Of a stretch of 60,115 bases of DNA, positions 10,070-21,767 are shown piece after piece. This DNA comes from Schlesneria sp. (lineage in GTDB: Bacteria > Planctomycetota > Planctomycetia > Planctomycetales > Planctomycetaceae), in NCBI GenBank assembly GCA_043746775.1, contig JAYTQJ010000686.1, forward strand, positions 1-60,115. The letters run 5' to 3'. Position 1 is the first letter of the stretch. Each line of letters starts with the position of its first letter. The translations under genes were made by a program, and so were the position numbers. Below the pieces are notes generated by a model. It saw only the letters and a program-made list of their open reading frames with translations. It was not told where the DNA came from and ran no database searches.

Positions 10070-10214
10070 CAAATAGCCTCGCACTCGGAGCCTTCGGGAA
10101 ACGCCGTGAATGGAAACGATCCGTCGGGCGTGGCAATGCCCGCTCGGCCACCTCGCCCCTCTCGTTGAAGGTAGCCCTGTTGCTTTGTGGCCGGAAGCGA
10201 GAACGCACGACAGC

Positions 10215-10370
10215 CAAGGCCATCACTTTTTTCATCGTAGGGTGGGACAAGCTCGCTTCGAGCGCCGGCCCACCATTGGGAAACGTCGAGAATACATGGT
10301 GGGCCGGCGCGGCGAAGCGCCACTGGTCCCACCCTACAAGTTTCGCAGACCGAACAAGGCGATGGCCCTG
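10215..10370. mobile_element. MITE-like element: CAAGGCCATCAC / GCGATGGCCCTG shell around a family G GTAG hairpin (10237-10337)
   Basis: Shell is the inverted equivalent of 23072-23225 but the core differs. Confidence 0.7.
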
Positions 10371-10518
10371 CACGACTACACGCTTCAGCAAACAGGCATT
10401 GAAATGCGTTCGAGAGTGCGTGAGAAACTCGCGTCGTTGCTTGGCCTTGCCATTGTTGTCTGACTAGAGTGGGTGGGACGGCTTTGATGTCACTTGGATC
10501 GAAACAGTGAGGTCTCTC

Positions 10519-11820
10519 ATGCGAGCAATAGCGGCGGTGTTGGCGGTCAGTTTGTGTGCTGTGTGGTTTGTCGAGACGGGACGAGCCGAGGAGGCCAACT
10601 GGAATCAGTTTCGTGGTCAGCGTGGCGATGGATCGACCACCGCGAAAGGGTTGCCGACGAAGTTCGGCGAAGGTTCGCCCGAGATCGTCTGGAAGACGCC
10701 CGTCGCCGGGCGCGCTTGGTCGTCGCCCGTTGTTTGGGGCGATCAGATTTGGCTGACGAACGCTCCCGAAGTTCAAAACACTCCGAAAGAGAAGCCGAAG
10801 CTCGATGCGCCGATCGCGCTGTCGGCCGTTTGTCTCGATCTCAACACGGGCAGGGTCATTCACGATCTGAAGCTGTTTGAGTTCGACACGCCGCAGTTCA
10901 CGCACGCGACCAACAGCTACGGTTCGCCAACGCCGTTCATCGAAGCGGGCCGCGTCTACATTCACTTCGGCTCGTATGGAACGGCGTGTCTCGACACCAA
11001 GACCGGGCAGAAGATTTGGGAGCGACTCGATCTGAAGTGCGATCATTTTCGCGGTCCTGGCTCGTCGCCAGTCGTGCATGGCGGGCTGCTCTATCTGACG
11101 TTCGATGGCTACGACCAGCAGTACATCACGGCGCTCGACAAGCTGACCGGCAAGTCGGTCTGGAAGCAAGATCGCAACATCGACTTCGGGACTACGGATG
11201 GCGACGCCAAGAAGGGGTATTCGACCCCCATCATCATTCAGGCCGGCGGGCGCGAGTTGCTCATCAGTCCGTTTGCCGCTGCAACGATCGCGTACGACCC
11301 GAAGTCGGGTGATCCCGTCTGGACGGTGCGTCACGGTGGAATGAACGCTGCGGGACGGCCGCTCTTTGGCAACGGGCTGGTCTACATCAACTCGGCCGAC
11401 GGTCCGAACCCGCTCGTCGCCGTGAATCCTGAAGGTGAAGGAGACATCACCAAGAACATCGCGTGGAAGACGAACAAGTCGGTCCCGAAGCGTGCCTCGC
11501 AACTGTTGGTCGGCGACCTGATGTTCATGATGAACGATGGCGGTGTTGCTTCGTGCCTCAACGCGACGACGGGAGCCGAAGTCTGGACGAAGCGTTTCGA
11601 TGACAACTACTGGGCGTCACCACTGGTGGCCGACGGACTGATCTATTGCTTCTCGCAAACCGGCAACATCCCCGTCTTCAAAGCGGGCCGCGAGTTTGAA
11701 CTGGTCGCTGAAAATAAACTCGGCGACGGCTTCAACGCGTCGCCTGCTGTCGCGGGACGCTCGCTCATCCTGCGGTCCAAGACGCACGTCTATCGGATCG
11801 AAACCCCAGCCGCGAAGTAA
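10519..11820 (+). CDS. PQQ-binding-like (BamB-like) beta-propeller protein
   Basis: WNQFRG, WSSPVVWG and FNASPAVAG motifs typical of planctomycete PQQ-like proteins; signal peptide. Confidence 0.9.
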   Translation: MRAIAAVLAVSLCAVWFVETGRAEEANWNQFRGQRGDGSTTAKGLPTKFGEGSPEIVWKTPVAGRAWSSPVVWGDQIWLTNAPEVQNTPKEKPKLDAPIALSAVCLDLNTGRVIHDLKLFEFDTPQFTHATNSYGSPTPFIEAGRVYIHFGSYGTACLDTKTGQKIWERLDLKCDHFRGPGSSPVVHGGLLYLTFDGYDQQYITALDKLTGKSVWKQDRNIDFGTTDGDAKKGYSTPIIIQAGGRELLISPFAAATIAYDPKSGDPVWTVRHGGMNAAGRPLFGNGLVYINSADGPNPLVAVNPEGEGDITKNIAWKTNKSVPKRASQLLVGDLMFMMNDGGVASCLNATTGAEVWTKRFDDNYWASPLVADGLIYCFSQTGNIPVFKAGREFELVAENKLGDGFNASPAVAGRSLILRSKTHVYRIETPAAK

Positions 11821-11877
11821 CGAGCCACGACGCAATTCTTGGTCAGCCGGTTGAAAGAACACCCCCATTGATCTCTT

Positions 11878-11989
11878 CACAAAGTAGCCATCATTGCTCC
11901 GCGTGATGAGCCTCCTGAGAACAAGCGTCTGAGTCAGTGCCGCCGAACACGCAAGGCTCGTCACGCGGAGCGATGACGGCTACTTTGTG
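11878..11989. repeat. Family J GTAG hairpin (GTAGCCATCATTGCTCCGCGTGATGAGC...)
   Basis: Long inverted arms CACAAAGTAGCC...GGCTACTTTGTG; a degenerate GTTGAAA shell may flank it. Confidence 0.8.
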
Positions 11990-12106
11990 CGGACCTTCAC
12001 GGGTGGCGTAGATACCAATCGGACAAGCTCGATGAGGGGCAACAAGCACCTCAGAGGCTCACTTGTCTCGTCTGTATTCCTGACATGTTTTCCGCACGAG
12101 ATCGTT

Positions 12107-14848
12107 ATGAATACGCCCCGCTTGATGTTGTTCTCGAATTTGATTGGCTCGCTCTGCCGAGACTTTCTCACGTCACGGTGGCTGGTCGTGATCGGGCTTC
12201 TCGGCGGTTTGCTGTTCGGTGCGACTCCACTCAATCGCGGACTCTTCGCGGCTGAGAAGCCTCAATTGGCAACATCCGACGCGGCGAACGTCGGCTATCG
12301 TGAGATCGTCGCTCCGTTCTTCAAGCAGCACTGCGTTCGCTGTCACGGTGAGATGAAGCAAGAGGGCGAGTTCCATCTGGAGCGGCATCTGAAGACCGAC
12401 TTCCTCGACCCGTCGGCCAAGGAGAAATGGGGCGAGGTCGTCAACGTTCTCAACAGCCACGAGATGCCACCCGAGAAGGAGCCGCAGCCGAAACCGAATG
12501 AGGTCGCGAAGGTGGTCGATTGGATCACCGAGCAGCTCGCGCGGGCCGAAGTCATTCGGCGCGACGGGCAGATCGTGTTGAGGCGGCTCAACCGGGACGA
12601 GTATCGCAACACGATCCGCGATTTGACGGGCGTCGATCTCGACGTATCGAGCTTCCCGCAGGAGCCGACGGCCGGTGGCTTCGACAACAACGGCAAGGCA
12701 CTCACCATGTCGCCGATGCACACCGAGTTGTATCTCGACGCGGCCCGCAAGGTACTTGATCGCGCTCTGGTGGAAGGGGACCAACCGCCGTCGATCAAGT
12801 GGCGGTTCGAGCCGGAAGTTGGCGACGGCGATCACAGTCGCGTGCGATACGACGGACAGAATCCGATCGTTCACGGCGCGAAGAATCGGGTCGAGGGAGC
12901 CTTCAAAGTGATGCACCACGACTCGTGGGACCGGCATCTCAACGCGCGCGACTTCCGGATGAAGCACGAGGGTGACTACGTGATTCGCGTTCACGCGGGA
13001 GGCAAAACTCCGACGCGGGCGCAGGTAGTCGAGTCCGCTCAAAAATTTCTTGACCATCGGTTTGAAGAGCAAATGAAGAACAACCCGAAGGGGGAGAAGT
13101 GGCATCGCGAGGCGGTCAAGAACGACATCAAGCACTTCGAGACCGACCGCATCTACGACTACGGTCCTCCGCGACTGAAGCTGATCCGTGACTTGGGTGG
13201 CCAACCGAAAGTTCTCACCGAATTCGATGTCGCCGCGCCGTTCGACAAGCCCGCCACGCTGGAGTTCCGCACGCGGATGACGACCGAGGGAGCGGGGATC
13301 ACGATCGAGTATGCGTATCCGCTGCCGAAGGTTCTCGAAAACTTTTGGATGCAGGGCCACGACAATTTTGTTCGGCCCGAAGCGTGGGTCGATTGGTTCG
13401 AGTTGGAAGGACCGTTGTACGAATCATGGCCACCTCCGAGCCACCGGCTCGTGCTGGGCGATGTCCCCCAAGGCAAGCAGGATGAGCGAGTTGCCGCCCG
13501 TGTCGTACTCACTCGGTTCATGAAGCGGGCCTATCGACGACCGGTCACGACGGCGGAAGTCGACGACAAACTGAAGCTGTTCGACGCCGCGAAGAAACGC
13601 GATGGCAAACAGGACGCGCCGTCGTTCGTGCAAGCGACCAAGACGCCACTCATTGCGGTGATGGTCTCGCCCCACTTCCTTTATCTGGCGGAGCTGGGAC
13701 GCGAGGAGACGACTTCTGCCACCTCGAAGTCTGCGACGACGAAGCCCGAGTCCAAGCCTGTTGTCTCGACGAAAGCTTCTGCCACAACGGCGACCTCCGC
13801 CGCGCGACCGCTCACCGATCACGAGCTGGCAGCGAGGCTCTCGTACTTCCTCTGGTCGTCTATGCCTGATGACGAACTGATGCAGCTCGCCGACAAAGGG
13901 GGCTTGCGCGACAAGGCAACGCTCACGAAGCAGGTCACGCGACTACTCGCCGATCCGAAGTCGGAAGCCTTCGTTCAGAATTTCGCTGGTCAGTGGCTCG
14001 GCCTGCGCGAAGTTGGTTCCAACCCGCCAGCGGCCGATCTGTTCCCACAGTACGACCGTCACCTTGAGGTCTCGATGGTCGAAGAGTCTCGCGCCTTCTT
14101 CGCCGAGATTCTGAAGCACGATCTCAGCGTGATGAATTTCGTTGGCTCGGACTTCGTCGTCATCAACGAACGACTCGCGCGGTTCTATGGGATTCCCGAT
14201 GTGCGGGGCGATCACTTCCGGCGCGTGGCCGTTCCGGCGGGAGTCCATCGGGGAGGCGTGGCGACTCAGGCGTCGATTCTCACCATCACCTCGAATGGCA
14301 CGCGCACATCGCCGGTCAAACGCGGGACGTGGGTGATGAAGAACCTGCTCGGAACCGACCCTGGTTTGCCGGTTGCCAACGCGGGAGACATCGCGCCGAA
14401 GGTGCCGGGAATCGACCGAGCCACCGTCCGGCAGCGGCTCGAAATTCACCGGCAACTCGCGCAATGTGCGCGCTGCCACAACAAGATCGATCCGCTCGGC
14501 TTCGCCCTCGAAAACTTCAACGCTGCCGGTGAATGGCGCGATCGCGAGGGCTTCGGCTACAAGGGACGAGTCAGCCCGAACGACCCATTGATTGATGCCT
14601 CGTCGAAGCTACCGGACGGGACCGAGATCACGGGAGTCGATGGCCTGCGCAAGGCGCTACTCCAGAAGGAAGACCTGTTCCTGAACTGCCTCGCGAGCAA
14701 ACTCTTCACCTACGGACTGGGGCGAGAACTGGGAGTGGCCGACCAACCTCAGGTCAAATCCGCTATCGCCGCCACAAAACAGAACCGGCACACGCTGAGG
14801 TCACTGATCCAGCTCGTCGTGGCGTCAGAAGCGTTCGGAACGAAGTGA
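12107..14848 (+). CDS. DUF1592/DUF1588/DUF1587 planctomycete cytochrome c-type protein
   Basis: CVRCH and CARCH heme motifs; RRLNRDEYRNTIRDL, ELAARLSYFLWSSMPD, TSPVKRGTWV, IDPLGFALENF. Confidence 0.92.
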   Translation: MNTPRLMLFSNLIGSLCRDFLTSRWLVVIGLLGGLLFGATPLNRGLFAAEKPQLATSDAANVGYREIVAPFFKQHCVRCHGEMKQEGEFHLERHLKTDFLDPSAKEKWGEVVNVLNSHEMPPEKEPQPKPNEVAKVVDWITEQLARAEVIRRDGQIVLRRLNRDEYRNTIRDLTGVDLDVSSFPQEPTAGGFDNNGKALTMSPMHTELYLDAARKVLDRALVEGDQPPSIKWRFEPEVGDGDHSRVRYDGQNPIVHGAKNRVEGAFKVMHHDSWDRHLNARDFRMKHEGDYVIRVHAGGKTPTRAQVVESAQKFLDHRFEEQMKNNPKGEKWHREAVKNDIKHFETDRIYDYGPPRLKLIRDLGGQPKVLTEFDVAAPFDKPATLEFRTRMTTEGAGITIEYAYPLPKVLENFWMQGHDNFVRPEAWVDWFELEGPLYESWPPPSHRLVLGDVPQGKQDERVAARVVLTRFMKRAYRRPVTTAEVDDKLKLFDAAKKRDGKQDAPSFVQATKTPLIAVMVSPHFLYLAELGREETTSATSKSATTKPESKPVVSTKASATTATSAARPLTDHELAARLSYFLWSSMPDDELMQLADKGGLRDKATLTKQVTRLLADPKSEAFVQNFAGQWLGLREVGSNPPAADLFPQYDRHLEVSMVEESRAFFAEILKHDLSVMNFVGSDFVVINERLARFYGIPDVRGDHFRRVAVPAGVHRGGVATQASILTITSNGTRTSPVKRGTWVMKNLLGTDPGLPVANAGDIAPKVPGIDRATVRQRLEIHRQLAQCARCHNKIDPLGFALENFNAAGEWRDREGFGYKGRVSPNDPLIDASSKLPDGTEITGVDGLRKALLQKEDLFLNCLASKLFTYGLGRELGVADQPQVKSAIAATKQNRHTLRSLIQLVVASEAFGTK

Positions 14849-14854
14849 CTCGTC

Positions 14855-14964
14855 ACACCAACCCGCAGCGTGAGCAAGGACGCAAACGAGGACGTGAGTT
14901 TCGAGAAACGGGCAACGGGGTGTGAATGGAAACACTCGTCCTCGCTTACGCTGCGGGTTGGTGT
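14855..14964. repeat. Family A hairpin with long spacer
   Basis: ACACCAACCCGCAGCGTGAGC...GCTTACGCTGCGGGTTGGTGT. Confidence 0.85.
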
Positions 14965-15143
14965 TTTGCCCAATCGACACCTGTTTAGCGCACTCGAAAA
15001 CGAACTTGCGCACGTTGCTTGAATCTCGCGCTGTGGTTGTTAGCCTTGGGCGGTTTCGCGCGGATCGCGTCTTGACAAGGAGTTGAGGCTGCCGATCCGT
15101 CCCGCCTAGGAAGCATCTCGCTCCGCCCTATAGGACCGCCGCC

Positions 15144-18100
15144 GTGCCTCGCCGCGACGACATCCGCAAGATTCTGATCGTTGGTTCCGGTCCCATTGTC
15201 ATTGGTCAAGCTTGCGAGTTTGACTACTCCGGCGTCCAAGCCTGCAAGGCGTTGCGCGAGGAAGGCTATGAGGTCGTGTTGGTCAATTCCAACCCGGCCA
15301 CGATCATGACCGACCCCGAAATGGCGGATCGGACGTACATCGAACCGATCACTTGGGAATACGTGGCGAAGATCATCGAGGTCGAACGGCCCGATGCTTT
15401 GCTCCCGACACTCGGTGGTCAGACGGGACTGAACATCGGCATGGACCTCGCCAAGCATGGCGTCCTCGCCAAGTTTGGCGTCGAGATGATCGGGGCCAAG
15501 GTCGATGTCATTCAGAAGGCCGAAGGACGCGACTCGTTCAAACAGGCGATGGTCAAGATCGGCTTGGAAGTCTGCAAAAGTGCCGTCGTCCACAACATGG
15601 ACGAGGCGCGGCTGGCTCTCGATACGATCGGTCTACCGATCATCATTCGCGCCAGCTTCACGCTGGGCGGCGTCGGCGGCGGGATCGCTTACAACCGGGA
15701 TGAGTTCGAGGACAAAGTTCGCAAAGGCTTGGAGCTGTCTCCCGTCGGCGAAGTGATCCTCGACGAGAGCATCATCGGTTGGAAAGAGTACGAGATGGAG
15801 GTGATGCGCGACACGGCGGACAACGTCGTCATCATCTGTGCCATCGAGAACTTCGACCCAATGGGCGTTCACACGGGGGACTCGATCACCGTCGCACCGG
15901 CTCAGACGCTGACCGACAAGGAATACCAGCGGATGCGCGACGCCACGATCGCCGTCATGCGCGAGATCGGCGTCGAAACGGGTGGCTCCAACGTGCAGTT
16001 CGCCATCAACCCGCGCGACGGTCGCATGGTCGTGATCGAGATGAATCCGCGAGTTAGCCGGTCGAGCGCCCTCGCATCGAAAGCGACCGGATTTCCGATC
16101 GCGAAGATCGCGGCCAAGCTCGCCGTCGGCTATCGACTCGACGAAATCCCGAACGACATCACGCGCGAAACGCTCGCCTGCTTCGAGCCGACCATCGACT
16201 ACGTCGTGACGAAGATCCCGCGTTGGACCTTCGAGAAATTCCCCGAGGCCAACCCCGAACTGACCGTTCAAATGAAGTCGGTCGGTGAGACGATGGCCAT
16301 CGGGCGGACGTTCAAGGAGTCACTGCAAAAGGCTCTGCGCGGGCTGGAGATCGGCCACTTTGGACTCGGCGGCGGCAAGAAGGATTTGTGGGGAACGGCC
16401 AAGCAGCCGGACATGGATGAGATCACGAGCAAGCTGGCGAAGCCGAATGAAAACCGCATCTTCTATATTCGGTTCGCCCTCAAGGCTGGGATGTCGCTCG
16501 AACAAATTTTCGATCTGACGAACATCGACCCGTGGTTCCTCGATCAGTTGCAGCAACTCCTCGCCGTGGAAGATGAGATTCGCCAGGTCCGCTCGTTGGA
16601 GTCGGCTCCGGCCGCTCTCGTTTGGAAGGCCAAGCGGCACGGGTATTCGGATCAGCAGTTGGCGTGGTGGTGGGAGTCGTCCGAAATGGATGTGCGTGCC
16701 TACCGGAAGCGACTCGGGATCGAAGCAACGTTCAAACAGGTCGATACGTGCGCTGCCGAGTTCGAGGCGTACACGCCTTACTACTACTCGACCTACGAAT
16801 CCGAAGACGAGACGCCCGCGAAGGGTGCGAAGCGGCGGATCATGATTCTCGGCGGCGGTCCCAACCGGATCGGGCAAGGGATTGAGTTCGACTATTGCTG
16901 CTGTCACGCTTCGTTTGCGCTGCGCGAACTCGGCATCGAGAGCATCATGGTCAACTCGAACCCCGAAACCGTCTCGACCGACTACGACACGTCCGACATC
17001 CTGTTCTTCGAGCCGCTCACGACCGAAGACGTGCTGAACATTTGCGACCGGATGCAACCCGACGGTGTGATCGTGCAGTTCGGTGGACAGACGCCACTGA
17101 ATCTCGCACGCGGCTTGGAAGCGGCGGGCGTGAAGATCATCGGGACCAGCCCTGACATGATCGACGCGGCCGAAGACCGCGAACGATTCAAGGTGATCCT
17201 CGACCGCATCGGGTTGAGGCAGCCGCCGAACGGAACGGCCTCCGATGCACCGCGTGCGCGCCAGATCGCCAATGAGATCGGCTATCCGGTTCTCATCCGC
17301 CCGAGCTTCGTTCTCGGTGGCCGTGCGATGGAGATTTGCTACGACGAAGAGACCGTCACGCGGTACATGAACGAAGCAGTCAATGTCTCGCCCGACCGGC
17401 CAGTCCTGATCGACAAGTTCCTTGAAGACGCGATCGAAGTGGACGTGGACGCGATCGCCGACGGCACGCTCACGCTGGTCGGCGGCGTCATGGAACACAT
17501 CGAAGAGGCGGGCGTTCACTCGGGCGATTCGGCCTCGGTCCTGCCCCCCTATTCGCTGCCGCCGCATGTCGTCGAAGAGATCAAGCAGGCGACGTATGCC
17601 CTGTCGCGCGAGCTGAAGGTGTGCGGCTTGATGAACATTCAGTTCGCAGTGAAACATGATGACGGCCAGTACGTCGTGTATGTTCTGGAAGTGAACCCGC
17701 GTGCCAGCCGAACATCGCCGTTCGTGTCGAAGGCGACGAACGTGCCGCTGGCTAAGATCGCGGCCAAGATCATGGCGGGCGTGTCATTGGCCGAGCAGGG
17801 TGTGACGCAGGAAATCGTTCCGCCTTACACGTCGGTCAAAGAGAGTGTCTTCCCGTTCAACCGGTTCCTCGGTGTGGACATCATCCTCGGCCCCGAAATG
17901 AAATCGACCGGCGAAGTGATGGGCATCTCGAACGACTTCCCGATCGCGTTCGCCAAGAGCCAGATCGCGGCCGGGAACAAGCTGCCGAAGTCGGGCATGG
18001 TCTTCATCAGCATGGCCGGTCGGCATAAAGAGGCGATCATCCCGTCCGCCCGCCGCCTGTTGGAGCTCGGTTATCGCATCATCTGCACGGGCGGAACGGC

Positions 18101-18413
18101 GCGTGTGTTTCGAGAACACGGGCTGGAAGTCGAGACCGTGCGGAAGCTGCAAGAGGGACGACCGAACCTGCTGGATTACATGGCCAACAAGCAGATCGCG
18201 CTCGTCTTCAACACACCCAGCGGCAAGGGTGCTCGCACGGACGAAGGTCGCATCCGAGCGGCCGCCGTCATGAACGGCATCCCCTGCGTGACGACTCTCC
18301 CCGGCTGCGTCGCCGTCGTAAAAGCTCTCGAAGCGTTGAGAGAACGGCCGGAGCCGGAAGTCAAAGCGATCCAAGACTGGGTCGCTCAACGCAGCGAAGT
18401 GGCCACAACATGA
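15144..18413 (+). CDS. carB: Carbamoyl-phosphate synthase large subunit
   Basis: [48 protein letters not shown]; C-terminal MGS domain. Confidence 0.99.
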   Translation: MPRRDDIRKILIVGSGPIVIGQACEFDYSGVQACKALREEGYEVVLVNSNPATIMTDPEMADRTYIEPITWEYVAKIIEVERPDALLPTLGGQTGLNIGMDLAKHGVLAKFGVEMIGAKVDVIQKAEGRDSFKQAMVKIGLEVCKSAVVHNMDEARLALDTIGLPIIIRASFTLGGVGGGIAYNRDEFEDKVRKGLELSPVGEVILDESIIGWKEYEMEVMRDTADNVVIICAIENFDPMGVHTGDSITVAPAQTLTDKEYQRMRDATIAVMREIGVETGGSNVQFAINPRDGRMVVIEMNPRVSRSSALASKATGFPIAKIAAKLAVGYRLDEIPNDITRETLACFEPTIDYVVTKIPRWTFEKFPEANPELTVQMKSVGETMAIGRTFKESLQKALRGLEIGHFGLGGGKKDLWGTAKQPDMDEITSKLAKPNENRIFYIRFALKAGMSLEQIFDLTNIDPWFLDQLQQLLAVEDEIRQVRSLESAPAALVWKAKRHGYSDQQLAWWWESSEMDVRAYRKRLGIEATFKQVDTCAAEFEAYTPYYYSTYESEDETPAKGAKRRIMILGGGPNRIGQGIEFDYCCCHASFALRELGIESIMVNSNPETVSTDYDTSDILFFEPLTTEDVLNICDRMQPDGVIVQFGGQTPLNLARGLEAAGVKIIGTSPDMIDAAEDRERFKVILDRIGLRQPPNGTASDAPRARQIANEIGYPVLIRPSFVLGGRAMEICYDEETVTRYMNEAVNVSPDRPVLIDKFLEDAIEVDVDAIADGTLTLVGGVMEHIEEAGVHSGDSASVLPPYSLPPHVVEEIKQATYALSRELKVCGLMNIQFAVKHDDGQYVVYVLEVNPRASRTSPFVSKATNVPLAKIAAKIMAGVSLAEQGVTQEIVPPYTSVKESVFPFNRFLGVDIILGPEMKSTGEVMGISNDFPIAFAKSQIAAGNKLPKSGMVFISMAGRHKEAIIPSARRLLELGYRIICTGGTARVFREHGLEVETVRKLQEGRPNLLDYMANKQIALVFNTPSGKGARTDEGRIRAAAVMNGIPCVTTLPGCVAVVKALEALRERPEPEVKAIQDWVAQRSEVATT

Positions 18414-18462
18414 GCAATGTTGATGTGCGGCATCCCGCACGATCGGGTTGCCGCCGACATCG

Positions 18463-19419
18463 TCAGCGGGCCGTCAATTGGTAGACGACGCCCGCGTCGA
18501 TGGGAGTGAAGCCGGAGGATTCGAGAACGGCGATCGCGGCGGAGTCCGTGGCAGGGGCATGGGCCTCGGCGACTTGGACCATGTCATCACGGACTCGACG
18601 ACAAACTTCGACGAGCAGCGTTTGTCCATAGCCTTTCTGACGATTTGCCTCACCCACATAGAGGCCGGTCAGACCGATCGCCCGGGCACTCCAACTGTTG
18701 ATGTAGCGATCGAGTCCCACAACGCTGACTCGCGCCAACGCGCCGCCTCCCGATTTGAGCGTCAAAGCCAATTGCATGGCATCGAGTCGTCCGTGGCGTG
18801 TCTGCCACCACCAGGACTTCGGCTCTTGACCGATCGAGGCGAGTCGGGTGTTGCGCCGTACGTTCACAAGTCGAATGCCGACCGGGTCTGAGGCACCCGC
18901 CACGAGCGCACGTTGAAAAACAAGATGCCGCTCGCAAGGGACGTAGCCCAACTTGGCGAAGAACGGCGCGGCAGCCGGGTCCGATTCCAAGAAGCCCGCC
19001 GATTGGCTTCCGCCGTACAGGCCACCGTAGAACGAATCACGTCCGTCGGACTGGCCCGCGTAGATGCGAAGGCTTCCCGAGCGACGCAGGTAGTTCTCTG
19101 CACGGAGTACCAATTCGCGGCCGACTCCAAAGTTACGCTCGTTCGGATGCACCATCACGACGCAGATCACGCCTTCGTCGGTGGAGAGCCATGTTTGCTG
19201 TTCGTTGACGCCAAAGCCCGCGTGAACGAAGCCCACGGGAACGCCATCACGACAGGCGACGATCACTCCAGCGGGATCGAAGTACGGCTGTGCGATGACG
19301 ACTTCGTCGAATTCATCGCAAGAGATACCGAGCGCCGCACCACGCCCCAGTCCGCACTCGTGCCAAAGTCGCACCAAGTGCGGCGGGTCCGAGTTCCGAA
19401 ACTGGCGATACTCGATCAC
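18463..19419 (-). CDS. Tandem GNAT family acetyltransferase
   Basis: Two acetyl-CoA binding motifs (VHPNERNFGVG; VGEANRQKGYG). Confidence 0.8.
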   Translation of the reverse strand: MIEYRQFRNSDPPHLVRLWHECGLGRGAALGISCDEFDEVVIAQPYFDPAGVIVACRDGVPVGFVHAGFGVNEQQTWLSTDEGVICVVMVHPNERNFGVGRELVLRAENYLRRSGSLRIYAGQSDGRDSFYGGLYGGSQSAGFLESDPAAAPFFAKLGYVPCERHLVFQRALVAGASDPVGIRLVNVRRNTRLASIGQEPKSWWWQTRHGRLDAMQLALTLKSGGGALARVSVVGLDRYINSWSARAIGLTGLYVGEANRQKGYGQTLLVEVCRRVRDDMVQVAEAHAPATDSAAIAVLESSGFTPIDAGVVYQLTAR

Positions 19420-19489
19420 GGTTGCCACACGAAGTATCGAGAAACAAAAACCCGGCATCGTTGAGACACCGGGTTGGAAGACCGACTCA

Positions 19490-20476
19490 TTATCGCGACC
19501 GGACTTTTTCGACGGCAGCGACGACGGCTTCTGCCGTCAGGCCATATTTTTGGAGCAGACCGTGGGGGTCGCCGCTCTCGGCGTAGCGGTCTCCGAGATT
19601 GACGAACTCCATCGGAACCGGCTTGGTGCGAGCCACCACGCCAGCGACAACCGAACCGAGTCCGCCTGCCATCAGATGTTCTTCCGCCACAACGATGCGA
19701 CCGGTTTCCGTTGCGGCCTTGATGATCGCCGCTTCGTCGATGGGCTTGATCGTGTGCATGTCGATCACGCGGACGTCCACTCCCTTGGTGGCCAAGGCGG
19801 CGGCGGCATCGAGCGAAATTCCGACCATCAAGCCGCTGGCGATGATCGTCACGTCCTTGCCCTCGCGAATCGTGTTCGCTTTGCCGATCTTGAACTCGGA
19901 GTCCATCGTGTAAATGTCGGGAACTTCGATCCGGCCGCAGCGGAGATAGACCGGCCCGACGTGTTCGAGCATGGCACGCGTGGCCAGCTTGGTCGAAGTG
20001 GCATCGGCGGGAACGACGACCACGATACCGGGCATCGAGCAGGCAAGGGCCACATCCTCGATCCCCATCTGTGATGCGCCGTCTTCGCCGATCGAGATTC
20101 CCGCGTGGGAGCCGACCAGTTTGACGTTCATTCCCGGATAAGCGACCGACATGCGGATTTGGTCGTATGCGTTCGCCAGCAGGAACACAGCGAAGCTGCT
20201 CACCACGGGAATCTTTCCCGCTGCTGCCAGTCCCCCCGCGACGCCGACCATGTTCGATTCGGCAATCCCGACATTGAAGCCGCGCGAAGGGAAGGCTTTC
20301 GCGAAGACTTCGGTTCGCGTCGAGTTGCCCACGTCACCGTCAACGGTCACGACATTGGGGAACTCGTTCCCCAAATCTTTCAGCGCGGTGCCGAAAGCAT
20401 CGCGGCACGCCTTACCCAACTTCAAACCAGCGGCAGCACCAATCGTCATCGTTTCAGTTCCCGGTAGTGTGGGCAT
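19490..20476 (-). CDS. Transketolase C-terminal subunit (split enzyme)
   Basis: NVGIAESNMVG, GEDGASQM, GPVYLR, IDMHTIKPID, AEEH. Confidence 0.93.
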   Translation of the reverse strand: MPTLPGTETMTIGAAAGLKLGKACRDAFGTALKDLGNEFPNVVTVDGDVGNSTRTEVFAKAFPSRGFNVGIAESNMVGVAGGLAAAGKIPVVSSFAVFLLANAYDQIRMSVAYPGMNVKLVGSHAGISIGEDGASQMGIEDVALACSMPGIVVVVPADATSTKLATRAMLEHVGPVYLRCGRIEVPDIYTMDSEFKIGKANTIREGKDVTIIASGLMVGISLDAAAALATKGVDVRVIDMHTIKPIDEAAIIKAATETGRIVVAEEHLMAGGLGSVVAGVVARTKPVPMEFVNLGDRYAESGDPHGLLQKYGLTAEAVVAAVEKVRSR

Positions 20477-20516
20477 CGCCCACCAATCTCGTGTTCGAGG
20501 AATTTGCTTTGTGCGA

Positions 20517-20586
20517 CGTAGGGTAAGCCTCTGGCTTGCCCCTTATTCCGACGGCAATCACGGGCAAGCGAGACGCTTACCCTACG
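20517..20586. repeat. Family B GTAG hairpin between the transketolase subunit genes
   Basis: CGTAGGGTAAGCC...GCTTACCCTACG. Confidence 0.88.
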
Positions 20587-20600
20587 ATTTTAACGGGCGG

Positions 20601-21440
20601 TCAGGCCAAATGGGCCAACGCCTTCTCGGCGAGTTCTTTCGAGAGCGGCTTGCCGTGGTAGTTCAGGTCGCCGGTCGGTTCGAGGATCGGCAGGATGCCA
20701 AAGCCCTTCTTGGTCTGCGAGACGATGGCGGTCGGACGATCAGTCACGGCGCGAGCCTTGGCCAAGCCTTCGAGAACCGCTTCCATCGAGTTCCCCTCGA
20801 TGACCTGCGTGTGCCAACCGAAGGCTTCAAACTTGGAGGCGAACGGCTTGAGATCGAGTACGTCTTTCGTGGCACCCGTCTGCTGGTAGCCGTTCTGATC
20901 GACGATCGCTGTCAGGTTGGAGAGCTTGTACTTCTCGGCCGTGGCGATCGCTTCCCAGACCTGGCCTTCGCCCATCTCGCCGTCACCCATCATCACGTAG
21001 GTGTGAGCATCGAGACCGTCGAGTCGGCAGGCGAGAGCGTGTCCGACGCCGAGCGAGAGCCCCTGGCCGAGCGAACCGGTGGAGGCTTCCATCGTGTCGA
21101 GCCGCTTCATGTTCGGATGCCCTTCAAACGGGCTACCGAGCTTACGCAGGGTCATGATCTGCTCGAAGCTGTAATAGCCCGCTTGGCAGAGTGCGGCGTA
21201 GAGGACCGGGACCGCGTGGCCTTTGCTGAGGATGAAGCGATCACGTTTGGGATCGCGCGGGTTGGCCTTGTTGTGCCGGAGATAGCCACCGAAATAGAGG
21301 GCCGTCACCACTTCGACAGCGGACAAGCTGCTTGAAGGATGGCCGCTGCCCGCTTCGGTAGTGATTTGAATGATGAGGCGGCGAATGGCCTTCGCCGTGT
21401 CTTGGAGTTCGTTCAGACTAAGTTTGGTCGCGTCTGCCAC
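20601..21440 (-). CDS. Transketolase N-terminal (TPP-binding) subunit
   Basis: SGHPSSSLS, DRFILSKGHA, STGSLGQG, GDGEMGEGQVWEA. Confidence 0.95.
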   Translation of the reverse strand: MADATKLSLNELQDTAKAIRRLIIQITTEAGSGHPSSSLSAVEVVTALYFGGYLRHNKANPRDPKRDRFILSKGHAVPVLYAALCQAGYYSFEQIMTLRKLGSPFEGHPNMKRLDTMEASTGSLGQGLSLGVGHALACRLDGLDAHTYVMMGDGEMGEGQVWEAIATAEKYKLSNLTAIVDQNGYQQTGATKDVLDLKPFASKFEAFGWHTQVIEGNSMEAVLEGLAKARAVTDRPTAIVSQTKKGFGILPILEPTGDLNYHGKPLSKELAEKALAHLA

Positions 21441-21767
21441 CGATGAATTCCTTTGGAACAGTCTCTCGAAACGGAAGCGGTTATCGGGGGAATTGGCAGG
21501 CTGTCGGAGTCGTCATAAATGACGACTGTCATGGCCAAATTCACTTCGCGCCGCTGAGGTTCTTCAAAGCGGGCGGTATGCTACCGGCGACCTTCTGGGG
21601 TGGCAAGGAACCACTGGAACGGACCAGAATCGGCGATTGGAACGCTCACGACCGACGAGATGAGTCCTCATTGCGGGCATGACCGCAGCCCAGTTGTTAC
21701 TCTCCAATTCTTGGTATTCAGGTGGCCAAAGTCATTGATCTCGTTCACTGCTGTGAAGGAACTGCTG

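Noticed and set aside
16320-17657. Long antisense ORFs (also 10069-11502, 12173-13360, 20151-21335, 43640-44731, 46751-48067)
   Set aside because: Shadows of well-supported genes on the opposite strand in GC-rich DNA; no protein motifs
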